Below are positions 18,196 to 27,023 of a DNA stretch of 37,168 nt, one piece after another. Position 1 is the stretch's first letter. The number at the start of each line of letters is the position of its first letter. The DNA comes from Phycisphaerae bacterium (GTDB taxonomy: Bacteria > Planctomycetota > Phycisphaerae > UBA1845 > Fen-1342), in NCBI GenBank assembly GCA_050115495.1, contig JASFQK010000052.1, positions 1 through 37,168 on the forward strand, in the 5' to 3' direction. The notes below the pieces were generated by a model. The model searched no databases. It worked only from the letters and a program-made list of their open reading frames with translations, and was not told the DNA's origin. Both the position numbers and the translations under genes were made by a program.

Positions 18196-19215
18196 CTAGC
18201 GCGAGGTGCCCGGCGTGGTGTCGCGCGTGGCCAGCAGGTAGAAGAAGAACGCCGCTCCGATGATGTTGGTCAGCACGCCTACCGGGAATTCGAACCCGAC
18301 CGGCCGCTGATGGACGACGGAGAGGGCGACGCGGCCCAGGCCGTCACAGGTGGCGAGGAAGGCTGCGCCGCCGAGTGCGGCTGCGCCCAGTAGCGGCAGC
18401 GTACGCACGCCGAACAGCGCCCGGGCGATGTGTGGGACCATCAAACCCACGAAGCCGATCGGTCCGCAGTTGGCGACAATCACCGCCGTCAGCAGGCTGA
18501 CCAGCGTGAAGCAGCCCCAGATCGTGCGGCCGACGTGGACGCCGCGGGCGGCGGCGAGGTCCGGCCCCAGCCAGAGCAAGTCGATCGCCCGGTGCGAGTA
18601 GACGGCGAACGCCAGCAGCAGTGCGAGCACGACCGCGATCTCGATGTTCGCCGCGGGTCGGTACACGCCGAGCGAGCCCATCAGCCAGACGATGATCTCG
18701 TTGGTGACGGTGCGGTCGGCGAGGAAGCTCACCAGCAGAATGCCGGCTGAACTCGTATACGACACGCAGACGCCGGCGAGCAGCAGCCGCGTCATGTCCT
18801 GCCCGCCGCGCAGCCGGGCCATAAGGTACACGAGGCTCATCGCGGCGATGGCTCCGGCCAGCGCCAGGATCAGCCGCACCGGAAACCAGCCGACATAGCC
18901 CGACAGGCCGGCGAAGAAACCGATCGCCGCCGCCAGCGACGCGCCGCTGGCTACGCCGAGCGTGTACGGTTCGGCGAGCGGGTTGCGGAACAGGGCCTGG
19001 AAGATGACGCCGCTCACCGCGAGGCCGGCGCCGGCCAGCGCTGCCAGGCACGTCCGCGGCACGCGCAGGTGCCAGAAGGGGGCCTGGAAGTCGATCGGGA
19101 ACAGCTCACCCCAGGTGGGTACGGTCGGTCCCAGCAACGTTGAGCCGAGGATCAGCACCAAGGCCGCCGCGCCGAGCACGAGAAAGCGGGCCGGCAGCGA
19201 GCGGGGGCTGGGCAT
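18196..19215 (-). CDS. FecCD/BtuC-family ABC transporter permease
   Basis: LRVPR, QALFRNPLAEPYTLGVASGA, WLMGSL, GPIGFVGLMVPHIAR, PVGVLT. Confidence 0.93.
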   Translation of the reverse strand: MPSPRSLPARFLVLGAAALVLILGSTLLGPTVPTWGELFPIDFQAPFWHLRVPRTCLAALAGAGLAVSGVIFQALFRNPLAEPYTLGVASGASLAAAIGFFAGLSGYVGWFPVRLILALAGAIAAMSLVYLMARLRGGQDMTRLLLAGVCVSYTSSAGILLVSFLADRTVTNEIIVWLMGSLGVYRPAANIEIAVVLALLLAFAVYSHRAIDLLWLGPDLAAARGVHVGRTIWGCFTLVSLLTAVIVANCGPIGFVGLMVPHIARALFGVRTLPLLGAAALGGAAFLATCDGLGRVALSVVHQRPVGFEFPVGVLTNIIGAAFFFYLLATRDTTPGTSR

Positions 19216-19217
19216 GG

Positions 19218-19880
19218 TCACGGCTCGCGGGGCGGATTCTCTTCGGCGTCGTAGCGGTAGAAGTGACGGGCGACGTAGTAGGCCGTTTCGCGGGCGAGCT
19301 TGGCGGTTTCGCGGTCGATGAGCTCGGCGGTCTCCGGCTCGAAGGGTTGACGGTGGTGCGTGACCTGCCGGCCGTCGGGTTCAGCGTCGCGATCGGGCCA
19401 GAGGCGGGCGTGGACGGTCGGTTCGTTTACGCCGATGACCTTGAGCGTCAGCGTGGCCTCGGGGGCGAGCACGGCCTGGTTGGCGTTAGGCAGCGCCTGG
19501 AGGTCCAGGATACGGATGCAGAGCACCTGGTCGGCCTTGAGGGCGCTGCCGGTGCGCTGGATGCTCCACGAGGAGAAGTCGCTGTTCTTCTGCCGCAGGG
19601 CGGTGACGTCGTCGTAGGGGACGATGCGGCTGGGGACCTTGTTGGTCCGCAGCAGGTCGGAGAGCTGCTTGTGCAGGTTGAGATCAAAGACGGGGTTCAT
19701 CTGGGCCGGCCGGGCGTAGTCGATCAGGATGGCCAGTTGGCCTTCGGTGAACTTGAATTCCGGGTCCTGCCACTGGCGCGGTGCGAAGAGCACCCCCAGA
19801 GCGGCGACCATCTTGCAGCCGGCCAGCGGGGCGGCGGCGGCCATCAGAAGCAGCAGCAACAGGCGCGCGGGTCGCCTCAT
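19218..19880 (-). CDS. Lipoprotein of unknown function
   Basis: Lipobox LAGC; similar to the upstream lipoprotein; 1 nt gap to it. Confidence 0.8.
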   Translation of the reverse strand: MRRPARLLLLLLMAAAAPLAGCKMVAALGVLFAPRQWQDPEFKFTEGQLAILIDYARPAQMNPVFDLNLHKQLSDLLRTNKVPSRIVPYDDVTALRQKNSDFSSWSIQRTGSALKADQVLCIRILDLQALPNANQAVLAPEATLTLKVIGVNEPTVHARLWPDRDAEPDGRQVTHHRQPFEPETAELIDRETAKLARETAYYVARHFYRYDAEENPPREP

Positions 19881-19881
19881 G

Positions 19882-20535
19882 CTATTTCACCGTTTCCTGG
19901 CGTTCGTAGAATCGGCCGGCAAGCTGGGCTGCGAAGGCCTGCATGGTCGCTCGTCGGATGGACTGGTCGTCGGTGCCGTACTGGCCGACGGAATCGGGCG
20001 GGTAGGCGACCTCGATCGTGGTCTTGTAGGCCGGCTGGGACGCGGTGTAGGCGGCGTCGAAGACCTTGACGTTGGCGCTCATGTGGCCGCGGTAGAGGTG
20101 CGGACTGTCCGGCTCACGCGTCGTGTATTGCGTCAGCTCGATGAGCATCACGCGGTCGGCCCCGAAGCGCTGCCCGATCTTCGCGGGGTCTTCCTTGTCC
20201 CAGTTCGGGTTGTGGTCCTGGTACTCGACGACCTGGCGGTTGGGCACGAAGGTGGCTCCGTGAACCGTCTCCTCCATGGCCACGCGCACATGCTCCGACA
20301 CGTCGAGCTGCACCCAGCGGTACTCGAACATCGTGTAGGGCTCGGCCCAGACCAGGATGCAGACTTTCTTGTCGGTGAGATAGGGGTACTCGGCCGGCAC
20401 CTTCTTCGTGGGCTCCTGGCCCCAGAGCAGGACGGCGCCGCGGAAGAAGGCGCAGCCGGTCAGGGCCGACAGCAGCACGCCGAGCAGGGCGGCTCGCAGC
20501 AAGGGAGATCGGCTGTACGCAGACACACGCAGCAC
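19882..20535 (-). CDS. Lipoprotein of unknown function
   Basis: GAGGAG RBS before GTG 20535; lipobox LTGC; IGQRFGADRVM segment resembles CsgG/LpoB-like folds. Confidence 0.8.
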   Translation of the reverse strand: MLRVSAYSRSPLLRAALLGVLLSALTGCAFFRGAVLLWGQEPTKKVPAEYPYLTDKKVCILVWAEPYTMFEYRWVQLDVSEHVRVAMEETVHGATFVPNRQVVEYQDHNPNWDKEDPAKIGQRFGADRVMLIELTQYTTREPDSPHLYRGHMSANVKVFDAAYTASQPAYKTTIEVAYPPDSVGQYGTDDQSIRRATMQAFAAQLAGRFYERQETVK

Positions 20536-20686
20536 GGCAGGCTCCTCAACGGGTCCGGGGCGCACGATAGCACTTCGGCGCAGATTTGTATAGCGGCGGG
20601 CCGCGCAGCCGCGTGCCGGCCGTACAATCTGTCGCGCCGGCGGGGCGCGGGCGCGACCCGGTGTACGGCCGGCGCAGGAGCCGCTC

Positions 20687-21448
20687 GTGGAAGCGCAGCG
20701 TGACGGAGTCGGCGGACGGTTCGCGGTGCTCTGCCCGCACTGCGATCGGGCCGTGCGCGCGCAGCCGGGCTGGGCGGGACAGGAAGCACAATGCCCGCAC
20801 TGCCGCGGCGTGTTTCGCGTGCCCGCGGAGCTGTCCGAGGAGCACCCGGTGCTCGGCGAACGGCCGAAGGCGGGGCCGCGTTATCGGTTCAACTTCGGCT
20901 GTCCGCGCTGCGGGACGCTGCTCGAAGCGCACACCGGTCGCTGCGGCGAAGCGGGAACCTGTCCGACCTGCGACGCTCGGCTGATTGTGCCCGGCCTCGA
21001 TGAACGCACGCACATGCCGCTGCCCGCGAAGCTGCTGAACGTCGACGCCCAGGATCCCACGCCGCTGCACGCCTATGCGGCCAGTGGCGAGCAGGCGCCG
21101 CGGATCCAGCGACTGCCCGACGGCCGGCAGGTCATCATCTGCCCGCGCTGCGGCACGCAGTCCGAGATGGACGCGGATAGCTGCGAACGGTGCGGAGCGC
21201 CGTACACGCTGGAGGCGGCGCCGGCCGTCGGTGGGGCCCGGGCGCCGTGGGATGCCGAGTCGCTGGTGCTGGGTATCGTGTCGCTGCCGCTGTTCTTCTG
21301 GTTCGTGCCCGGCATCCTGGCGATCGTCATGGGCGCGCTGAGCCTGCGGGGAGGCATGCGGCGGCGCGGCGCGATCATGCCCATGATCGGCGTGGTGCTG
21401 GGGGCGATCTCAGTGGTCGGGGGGCTGATCTGGTTGGTGATCGGCTGA
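20687..21448 (+). CDS. Triple zinc-ribbon protein with a C-terminal DUF4190-like TM pair
   Basis: CPHC/CPHC, CPRC/CPTC, CPRC/CERC; SLVLGIVSL...GILAIVMG...IGVVLG. Confidence 0.8.
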   Translation: MEAQRDGVGGRFAVLCPHCDRAVRAQPGWAGQEAQCPHCRGVFRVPAELSEEHPVLGERPKAGPRYRFNFGCPRCGTLLEAHTGRCGEAGTCPTCDARLIVPGLDERTHMPLPAKLLNVDAQDPTPLHAYAASGEQAPRIQRLPDGRQVIICPRCGTQSEMDADSCERCGAPYTLEAAPAVGGARAPWDAESLVLGIVSLPLFFWFVPGILAIVMGALSLRGGMRRRGAIMPMIGVVLGAISVVGGLIWLVIG

Positions 21449-21461
21449 GTTGCGACGGCGG

Positions 21462-22409
21462 CTACGGCTGCTGCGCGACCATCTCCAGCGCGTCGGTCGG
21501 CGGGAGCCACACGTTGGCGAGGAAGTGCTCGAGGTAGTAGATGTACGAGTCCGTGCTGAAGAACTGGGAGCTGGCGTGGCCCAACTCCGGGAAGCGGACG
21601 ATCTGCTTCGGGCCGGCGGCGCGGTTGAACAGCAGCTCCACCGAGTCCGCCGTCGCGATCGGGTCCTGCTCGTGCAGGTAGATCAGCAGCGGCTGGTCCA
21701 GCCACTGGATCAGCTCGTCGCTCAGCAGGTCCACGTTCAACTGCCCGGTGATCCACTCTGTCTTGCCGGCGACGACGAAGCCGAAACGCTCGATCTGCGC
21801 GCCGAGCGCCACGGGTGAATCGAGCACGACGGCGTTGACCGCGTCCGGACGTTCAACCGCCACGGTCACCGACGGGATGCTGCCCAGTGACATGCCGAAC
21901 AGCGTGACCTGCGAACGGCCGGTCCGGGAGCGTGCCCAGTCCAGGACCGTTTCCAGATCCCGCCGCAACGTATCCAGCGACGGCTCGCCGCCGCTCTCGC
22001 CAAAGCCCTCGTAGTCGTACATGACCGCCGACCAGCCGTTGTCGGTGAGGATCTGGGCGGAGAACAGATAGCACTCCATCGGTCCGGTATTGCCGCAAGA
22101 GACGACGACCAGACCGCGGTCGAGCTTGGCGGGGAGGTACCACGTGCGGAGGGAGATGCCGTCATCGACGGGGAGCCAGTACTCCTCATACTCCATGCCG
22201 ATGTCGGCGGGGTTGTCGGCGAGCTCCATGCCGCTGAGCTGGAACCGCTCCCGGAGGTCCGCACAGGTGTATTCGGGGTGCAGGATGAGGCGCGAGAGGC
22301 CGAAGTTGACCTCCCCCGGGTCCCAGGGGCCGCCGATGATGCAGCCCATGGGCAGCAGTATGGTGGCGGAGCAGATTGCGATCGCCGAGATCAGAAGCGG
22401 TTTGCGCAT
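21462..22409 (-). CDS. Alpha/beta hydrolase, probably a lipoprotein
   Basis: ..LLPMGC; YDYEGFGESGG, GMSLG, LGH. Confidence 0.88.
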   Translation of the reverse strand: MRKPLLISAIAICSATILLPMGCIIGGPWDPGEVNFGLSRLILHPEYTCADLRERFQLSGMELADNPADIGMEYEEYWLPVDDGISLRTWYLPAKLDRGLVVVSCGNTGPMECYLFSAQILTDNGWSAVMYDYEGFGESGGEPSLDTLRRDLETVLDWARSRTGRSQVTLFGMSLGSIPSVTVAVERPDAVNAVVLDSPVALGAQIERFGFVVAGKTEWITGQLNVDLLSDELIQWLDQPLLIYLHEQDPIATADSVELLFNRAAGPKQIVRFPELGHASSQFFSTDSYIYYLEHFLANVWLPPTDALEMVAQQP

Positions 22410-22569
22410 GCTTTGGCTTCGTATCCATCCGGTGCCGGCGGTGCGGCGCCTCCGCAGGCATCTTAGGGCGCACCAAATGGGGTCTACGGGTATATCGTTC
22501 CGCGGCGGGACCCGCTGGAGCGGTTTGGAGGTGGCGGGAGCGCGCACGGTCAACCGCGTGCGCGGTCTG

Positions 22570-22645
22570 TCCGAGCCCCGACCGGTAGGGAGGGGACAGG
22601 TCGCGGCGCGCGCAGACAACCCCTCGCTGCCGCTCGGGGCTCGGA
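22570..22645. repeat. REP-like inverted repeat pair
   Basis: TCCGAGCCCCGACCGGTAGGGAGGGG ... CCCCTCGCTGCCGCTCGGGGCTCGGA; related half copy CCTCGCTGACGCTCG at 31850-31864. Confidence 0.65.
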
Positions 22646-22909
22646 TTGACGGACGGACGAACGGCTAGACGGGGCCGAACGCTTGGAGGGCCCGCAGAAT
22701 CGCGAAGATGATGGCTCCGAAAGCGACCCAGAACATCGGATATTCCTCCGGCGAAAGCTGAAATCGTTCTCGTTACGACGGCCCGCCGCGTCGCGCTGCG
22801 CACAATCGCCGGTGTCCGCACGCGTCGCGAAACGGGTTGTCTTTCTTATCGGTCGGGCGCGGGCGAAAACCTGTGCCAGCGTAGCCACGAGCCTTGAGCG
22901 GGATGGGGC

Positions 22910-24046
22910 TTACTTGGCGGACATGGGCTGTGGGGGATTCAGTTGGAGCATGCGGTCGAGGGCGACCACCGCCCAGCGGCGGGTTTCGTCGTCGACGGTG
23001 ATGCGGTTGACCGGTTCGCCGGCGACGATGCGGTCGAGCACCCAGCACAGGTGCTTCAGATCGATGCGGTACATCGTCGTGCAGAGGCACTGGATGCCGG
23101 CGAGCGAGCGCACCGTTTTGTCCGGCATGCGGGTCAGGCGATTGACGAGGTGGACCTCGGTGCCGACCGCCCAGTGCGTGCCGGCGGGGGCGTCGCTGAC
23201 GGTCTTGATGATGTACTCGGTGCTGCCGACGAAATCCGCCTGCTGGCAGACGTCCCAGGGGCATTCGGGGTGCACGATGGCCTGGTAGGGCCCCGGCTGG
23301 GCGCGCATGGCGCGGATCTGCTCGACGTTGAACAACTGGTGGACCGAGCAGTGGCCCTTCCAGAGGAGGATGCGGGCGTCGCGGATCTGGTCCGGCCGCA
23401 GGCCGCCGTTGGGCATCGCCGGATCGAAGACGGCCATGCTCTTCAGCGGCCAGCCGAGGGCGTAAGCGGTGTTGCGGCCGAGGTGCTGGTCGGGGAGGAA
23501 GAGGACTTTGTGGCCCGCACGAGGGTCGCCGTCGGGCGTGGCGCCGTGCAGGGCCCAGTCGAGCACGAGCCGGGCATTCGAGCTCGTGCAGCAGGCTCCG
23601 TCCTGGCGACCGACGAACGCCTTCACGTCCGCCGCCGAGTTGACGTACGTCACCGGCGTGATGGGCATGCCGGCGTGCTGCGTGAGCGACTCCCAGGCGT
23701 CCTCGACGTCGTCGATGTCGGCCATGTCGGCCATGCTGCAACCGGCGGAGAGGTCGGGGAGGATGACCTGCTGCCGGTCAGAGGTCAGGATGTCCGCCGA
23801 CTCGGCCATGAAATGCACGCCGCAGAAGACGATGTATTCGGCGTCTTTCTGCTGGGCGGCGAGCTGGGCAAGCTTGAGGCTGTCGCCGGTGAAGTCGGCG
23901 AAAGCGATCACGTCGTCCTGCTGGTAGTGGTGGCCGAGGATGACGAGCCGGCGGCCGAGGCGGTCGCGGGCGGCCTGGATGCGGCGGCGGAGCTCGTCGT
24001 CGGTCTGTTGGGCGTATTCGGGCGAGAGCGGGAGTTGGTACAACAT
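22910..24046 (-). CDS. nadA: Quinolinate synthase
   Basis: ILGHHYQ, GDSLKL, FCGVHFMAE, AGCSMAD, YVNS, CTSSNA, PDQHLG, HPEC, GSTEYI. Confidence 0.97.
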   Translation of the reverse strand: MLYQLPLSPEYAQQTDDELRRRIQAARDRLGRRLVILGHHYQQDDVIAFADFTGDSLKLAQLAAQQKDAEYIVFCGVHFMAESADILTSDRQQVILPDLSAGCSMADMADIDDVEDAWESLTQHAGMPITPVTYVNSAADVKAFVGRQDGACCTSSNARLVLDWALHGATPDGDPRAGHKVLFLPDQHLGRNTAYALGWPLKSMAVFDPAMPNGGLRPDQIRDARILLWKGHCSVHQLFNVEQIRAMRAQPGPYQAIVHPECPWDVCQQADFVGSTEYIIKTVSDAPAGTHWAVGTEVHLVNRLTRMPDKTVRSLAGIQCLCTTMYRIDLKHLCWVLDRIVAGEPVNRITVDDETRRWAVVALDRMLQLNPPQPMSAK

Positions 24047-24331
24047 TCTCGGTGGTCCTGCCTCTCCATGGCGACCGGGCCTGGCCCGGGCGTGGGTCGC
24101 CGGTAACGTATGGATCTTAGCGGCCCGTCGGAGAGGGGTACAGCCGCCGCGCCGGGGTGGCGGGGGCGGCTCGTCCGGCGTGCTCGGCGTGGACGAGGGC
24201 TGGACGCCGGAGACGAAGACGTCCGGCGACCGGTGGGTGCTGCCCAAATGCGACGATCTGGGTCGCTGAATTGCGAAGGCGGTGTATGATGGGGATAGTG
24301 GCGGGAGTCAGTGGGAGGCGCCAGAGGAGAG

Positions 24332-24386
24332 AAGGGGATCTTCCGCCCTTTCTGTCGGCAGCAAGTGGAACGTCCCCTTGTTCCCC
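24332..24386. repeat. Palindrome (GGGGACATTCTAC family), left of the cargo lipoprotein
   Basis: AAGGGGATCTTCCGC...GTGGAACGTCCCCTT (arms complementary at 12 of 15 nt) plus a GTTCCCC stutter. Confidence 0.7.
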
Positions 24387-24408
24387 GGTGCATTCGAAAG
24401 GTTCTCGG

Positions 24409-25593
24409 ATGAGCGATACGAGGAGACGTTGCTGGTACGTGCTCTGTGCCGTCACCGTAGCAGGTTGCATGTGCATCGCTGTTAGTGGTTGCGATCAGAG
24501 CAGCACGGCGCGTGTCAAGTCTCCGTACGACTCGCGCAAATACCAGAGCGCGGTTGCCGCTGTGGAGTCCGAACTTGAGCGCCTTCGACAGGAGAGTGCC
24601 CCTAAGGAGTTGGCCGACGCATACGTGGGAGCCCTTGACTTCTTACGGTCGCATCCCGAGCTGCAGTTCGCATCTCCGTACCTGGTCTCAGCGACGGCCA
24701 GCCGCGTTGGAACATACGAGGAGGTATTCCGCGTCACATTGGTGTGGCTCGAGGGGCGTGACCTGGCGAAGACTGTGAGCCTGGAAGATGCAGATGGGCA
24801 AGTAGTCGCTGTTGCACAGTGGCAACACGTGGCCCACCGAGAGGCGATAGAGAATGCAGGCTGCCACGTTGTCAGGCCAATCCTGGTCGCGCCACCGACC
24901 TTGGACGACGAAGCAGAGCGGCAGCTTGCGGATAATCTCGCCTATGGTTCGGTGCGCCTGACCGCTGCGCAGTTGGGGCGGGTGAGCGGCATGTCCATCG
25001 CATCCGCCGACGGTGCTCGGAGCAACTCCGTGACGCTGCGACGCAGCTACCGCTCGTTGAAGGAGCAGGCGGTCGAAGAGTTGCGGCGGTCCGTAGACTG
25101 TGTCGCCTCACTGCTTGGGGGCGTGAGCCCGCAAGCGCTCGCGCATCTGCAGTCGACAGTCACAGCCACCATCGCGGACCTGGAGGATCGCCCGGAGGAA
25201 GCGTTTGATAGCCCGGTACCGGTGAGCGCGAGAGTCGATCGGGTAGCCGGCGAACCGGAGCGCATGGTGCTGTCGGTCGCTTGGCTTGAAAGTGGATTCC
25301 GCGTCAACGGCTTATTCTTCCGCGACTCAGCGGGCGTGACGAATGACTTTGACATCGTTGCGTGGGACGCGGCCGAGCGGGCGGAGGCGCGGTTTCTTCG
25401 AGCGAAAGTCTACGAGATAGTGCCGGACGATGAACGCAGCGATGAGACGCCAGCGACGCGGTCACGTTGGCCGGTTCTACGTTTGCCTGAGTCCGTTTAC
25501 TCGCAACTCGGCAACTTATCTGTAGGTCTGATCACACGCGATGGAGAACGCACGGATACGATTGAGTGCCCCGTGATTGAGCTGGCGCACTAG
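24409..25593 (+). CDS. Hypothetical lipoprotein with two tandem homologous domains
   Basis: Lipobox VSGC; HPELQFASPYLVSA..VTLVWLE..DADG..DGARSNSV repeats as RPEEAFDSPVPVSA..LSVAWLE..DSAG..DGERTDTI; atypical codon usage. Confidence 0.75.
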   Translation: MSDTRRRCWYVLCAVTVAGCMCIAVSGCDQSSTARVKSPYDSRKYQSAVAAVESELERLRQESAPKELADAYVGALDFLRSHPELQFASPYLVSATASRVGTYEEVFRVTLVWLEGRDLAKTVSLEDADGQVVAVAQWQHVAHREAIENAGCHVVRPILVAPPTLDDEAERQLADNLAYGSVRLTAAQLGRVSGMSIASADGARSNSVTLRRSYRSLKEQAVEELRRSVDCVASLLGGVSPQALAHLQSTVTATIADLEDRPEEAFDSPVPVSARVDRVAGEPERMVLSVAWLESGFRVNGLFFRDSAGVTNDFDIVAWDAAERAEARFLRAKVYEIVPDDERSDETPATRSRWPVLRLPESVYSQLGNLSVGLITRDGERTDTIECPVIELAH

Positions 25594-25594
25594 A

Positions 25595-25645
25595 GAAGAC
25601 GGACATCGTGCTTTGTCCGTTGTCAATAAATAGAATGTCGTCTTC
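25595..25645. repeat. Palindrome (GGGGACATTCTAC family), right of the cargo lipoprotein
   Basis: GAAGACGGACATCGTGCTTT...AAATAGAATGTCGTCTTC, starting 2 nt after the stop. Confidence 0.7.
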
Positions 25646-25660
25646 GGTCCTTGCGTCCCG

Positions 25661-25857
25661 CGTGCGCCCTCCGGGCGAAGAAAACTGGGGGGGGCCGCAT
25701 CCAGGGACTGAAGTCCCTGGCAACCAACGTGCGCCCTCCGGGCGAGGAGAGAGCGCACCGCCGGCTTTTCGCCCGGAGGGCGCACGAACGTAGCCAGGGA
25801 CTTCAGTCCCTGGTCGAAAGCGTGTATTCTCTTATTCACCCGCCCGGAGGGCGCACG
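25661..25857. repeat. REP-like cluster upstream of tnpA (A-B-A / A'-B'-A')
   Basis: A=CGTGCGCCCTCCGGGCG at 25661 and 25728, inverted at 25770 and 25841; B=CCAGGGACTGAAGTCCCTGG at 25701, inverted at 25794. Confidence 0.92.
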
Positions 25858-25873
25858 AAATCGGGGTCTGACC

Positions 25874-26326
25874 ATGCCGAGCGCATACACGCAGAACTTC
25901 TATCACGCCGTCTTCAGCACTACACAGCGTGCCAACCTGCTGACGCCGGATCTGGAAGCTCGACTCTACCCCTTCATCGGCGGCATCGTGCGCGAGCTGC
26001 GCTGCACGCTCCTGGCGATCAACGGCATGCCGGATCACGTTCACCTTCTGGTACGCTATCGCCCGGACCTATCGCATTCGGATCTGCTCCGGCAGGTCAA
26101 GGGCAGGTCATCCAAGTGGATCAACGAGACGTTCCCGCAATCCGGGCGCTTCGCCTGGCAGGAGGGCTACGGCGGGTTCACGGTTAGCAAGTCCATCGTG
26201 CCCGAGGTCGAAGCCTACATCGCGCGGCAGAAGGAACACCACAAACGCCAGGACTTCCGGACGGAGTTCCTCGAACTGCTTCGCCGGCACGGCATCGAAT
26301 TCGATGAACGCGATGTGTTCGCCTAA
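25874..26326 (+). CDS. tnpA: IS200/IS605-family HUH Y1 transposase-like nuclease (REP-associated)
   Basis: YHAVFST, PDHVHLL (HUH), VKGRSSKW, FAWQEGYGGFTVS, YIARQKEHH (catalytic Tyr); no tnpB. Confidence 0.93.
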   Translation: MPSAYTQNFYHAVFSTTQRANLLTPDLEARLYPFIGGIVRELRCTLLAINGMPDHVHLLVRYRPDLSHSDLLRQVKGRSSKWINETFPQSGRFAWQEGYGGFTVSKSIVPEVEAYIARQKEHHKRQDFRTEFLELLRRHGIEFDERDVFA

Positions 26327-26335
26327 CCAGCAGTC

Positions 26336-26476
26336 CGTGCGCCCTCCGGGCGAAGAGAAATGGGGGGGCGGCATTCCAGGGACTGAAGTCCCTGGCAACG
26401 ATCGTGCGCCCTCCGGGCGGGAAACGGAGGCACGGTGCGCCCTCCGGGCGAAGACGCAACGTGCGCCCTGCGGGCG
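26336..26476. repeat. REP-like cluster downstream of tnpA (A-B-A-A-A)
   Basis: A at 26336, 26403, 26434 and variant at 26460; B at 26376-26395. Confidence 0.92.
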
Positions 26477-26480
26477 AGGA

Positions 26481-26532
26481 GGAAGAGGGGGACATTCTGC
26501 GTTTTGAGGAAGGGGGAGGCATTCTGCGTTTT
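26481..26532. repeat. Two tandem half-sites of the GGGGACATTCT family
   Basis: GGGGGACATTCTGCGTTTT followed by GGGGAGGCATTCTGCGTTTT. Confidence 0.7.
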
Positions 26533-26585
26533 CGGCGGGGGATGGGGGGGATCGCGGGGAGGCAGTCCATCTTTTCAACGGGCTG

Positions 26586-27023
26586 CTAACGTGGGTTGCG
26601 GGGGGAATCCGCCGGTTTGGGTGAGGCTGGGGTGCTGGCGGCGCGGCGTTGGCGCCAGGTCAGGAGGGCTAGCACGGTGCCCATACCGAAGAGGTCGCAG
26701 AGCCAGTCGACGAAGTCGGTGCCGCGGCCGAACCAGGCCTGAGACCATTCATCGATGGCGCCGTACGCAGCGATCGTGATCCCCGCGAACCACAGGTACC
26801 ACGGCGGCAGGGGGCGCCAGAAGGTCTCGCCGAAACGCCAGAGCAGAAACGCGAGCAGGCCGTAGGCACAGACGTGGGCGAGATAGGCGCTGCCAGGAAC
26901 ATCTCCCAGACGCAACGCCGGGAAGTGCGTGACGGCGAAGAGGAACGCCCAGTACGCGGGCAGCGTGCGGCGGTACCAATCATCCCAGCGGGACAGACGC
27001 CTCCCCGGAGCCGGCGCGGTCAC
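26586..27023 (-). CDS. VanZ-family membrane protein
   Basis: AHVCAYGLL, YGAIDEWSQAWFGRGTDFVDWLCD; GTGA overlap with the parA stop. Confidence 0.85.
   Translation of the reverse strand: MTAPAPGRRLSRWDDWYRRTLPAYWAFLFAVTHFPALRLGDVPGSAYLAHVCAYGLLAFLLWRFGETFWRPLPPWYLWFAGITIAAYGAIDEWSQAWFGRGTDFVDWLCDLFGMGTVLALLTWRQRRAASTPASPKPADSPRNPR

Noticed and set aside
25661..26476. Repeats around tnpA as a CRISPR array
   Set aside because: Mixed orientations, two alternating units, irregular spacing and no cas genes
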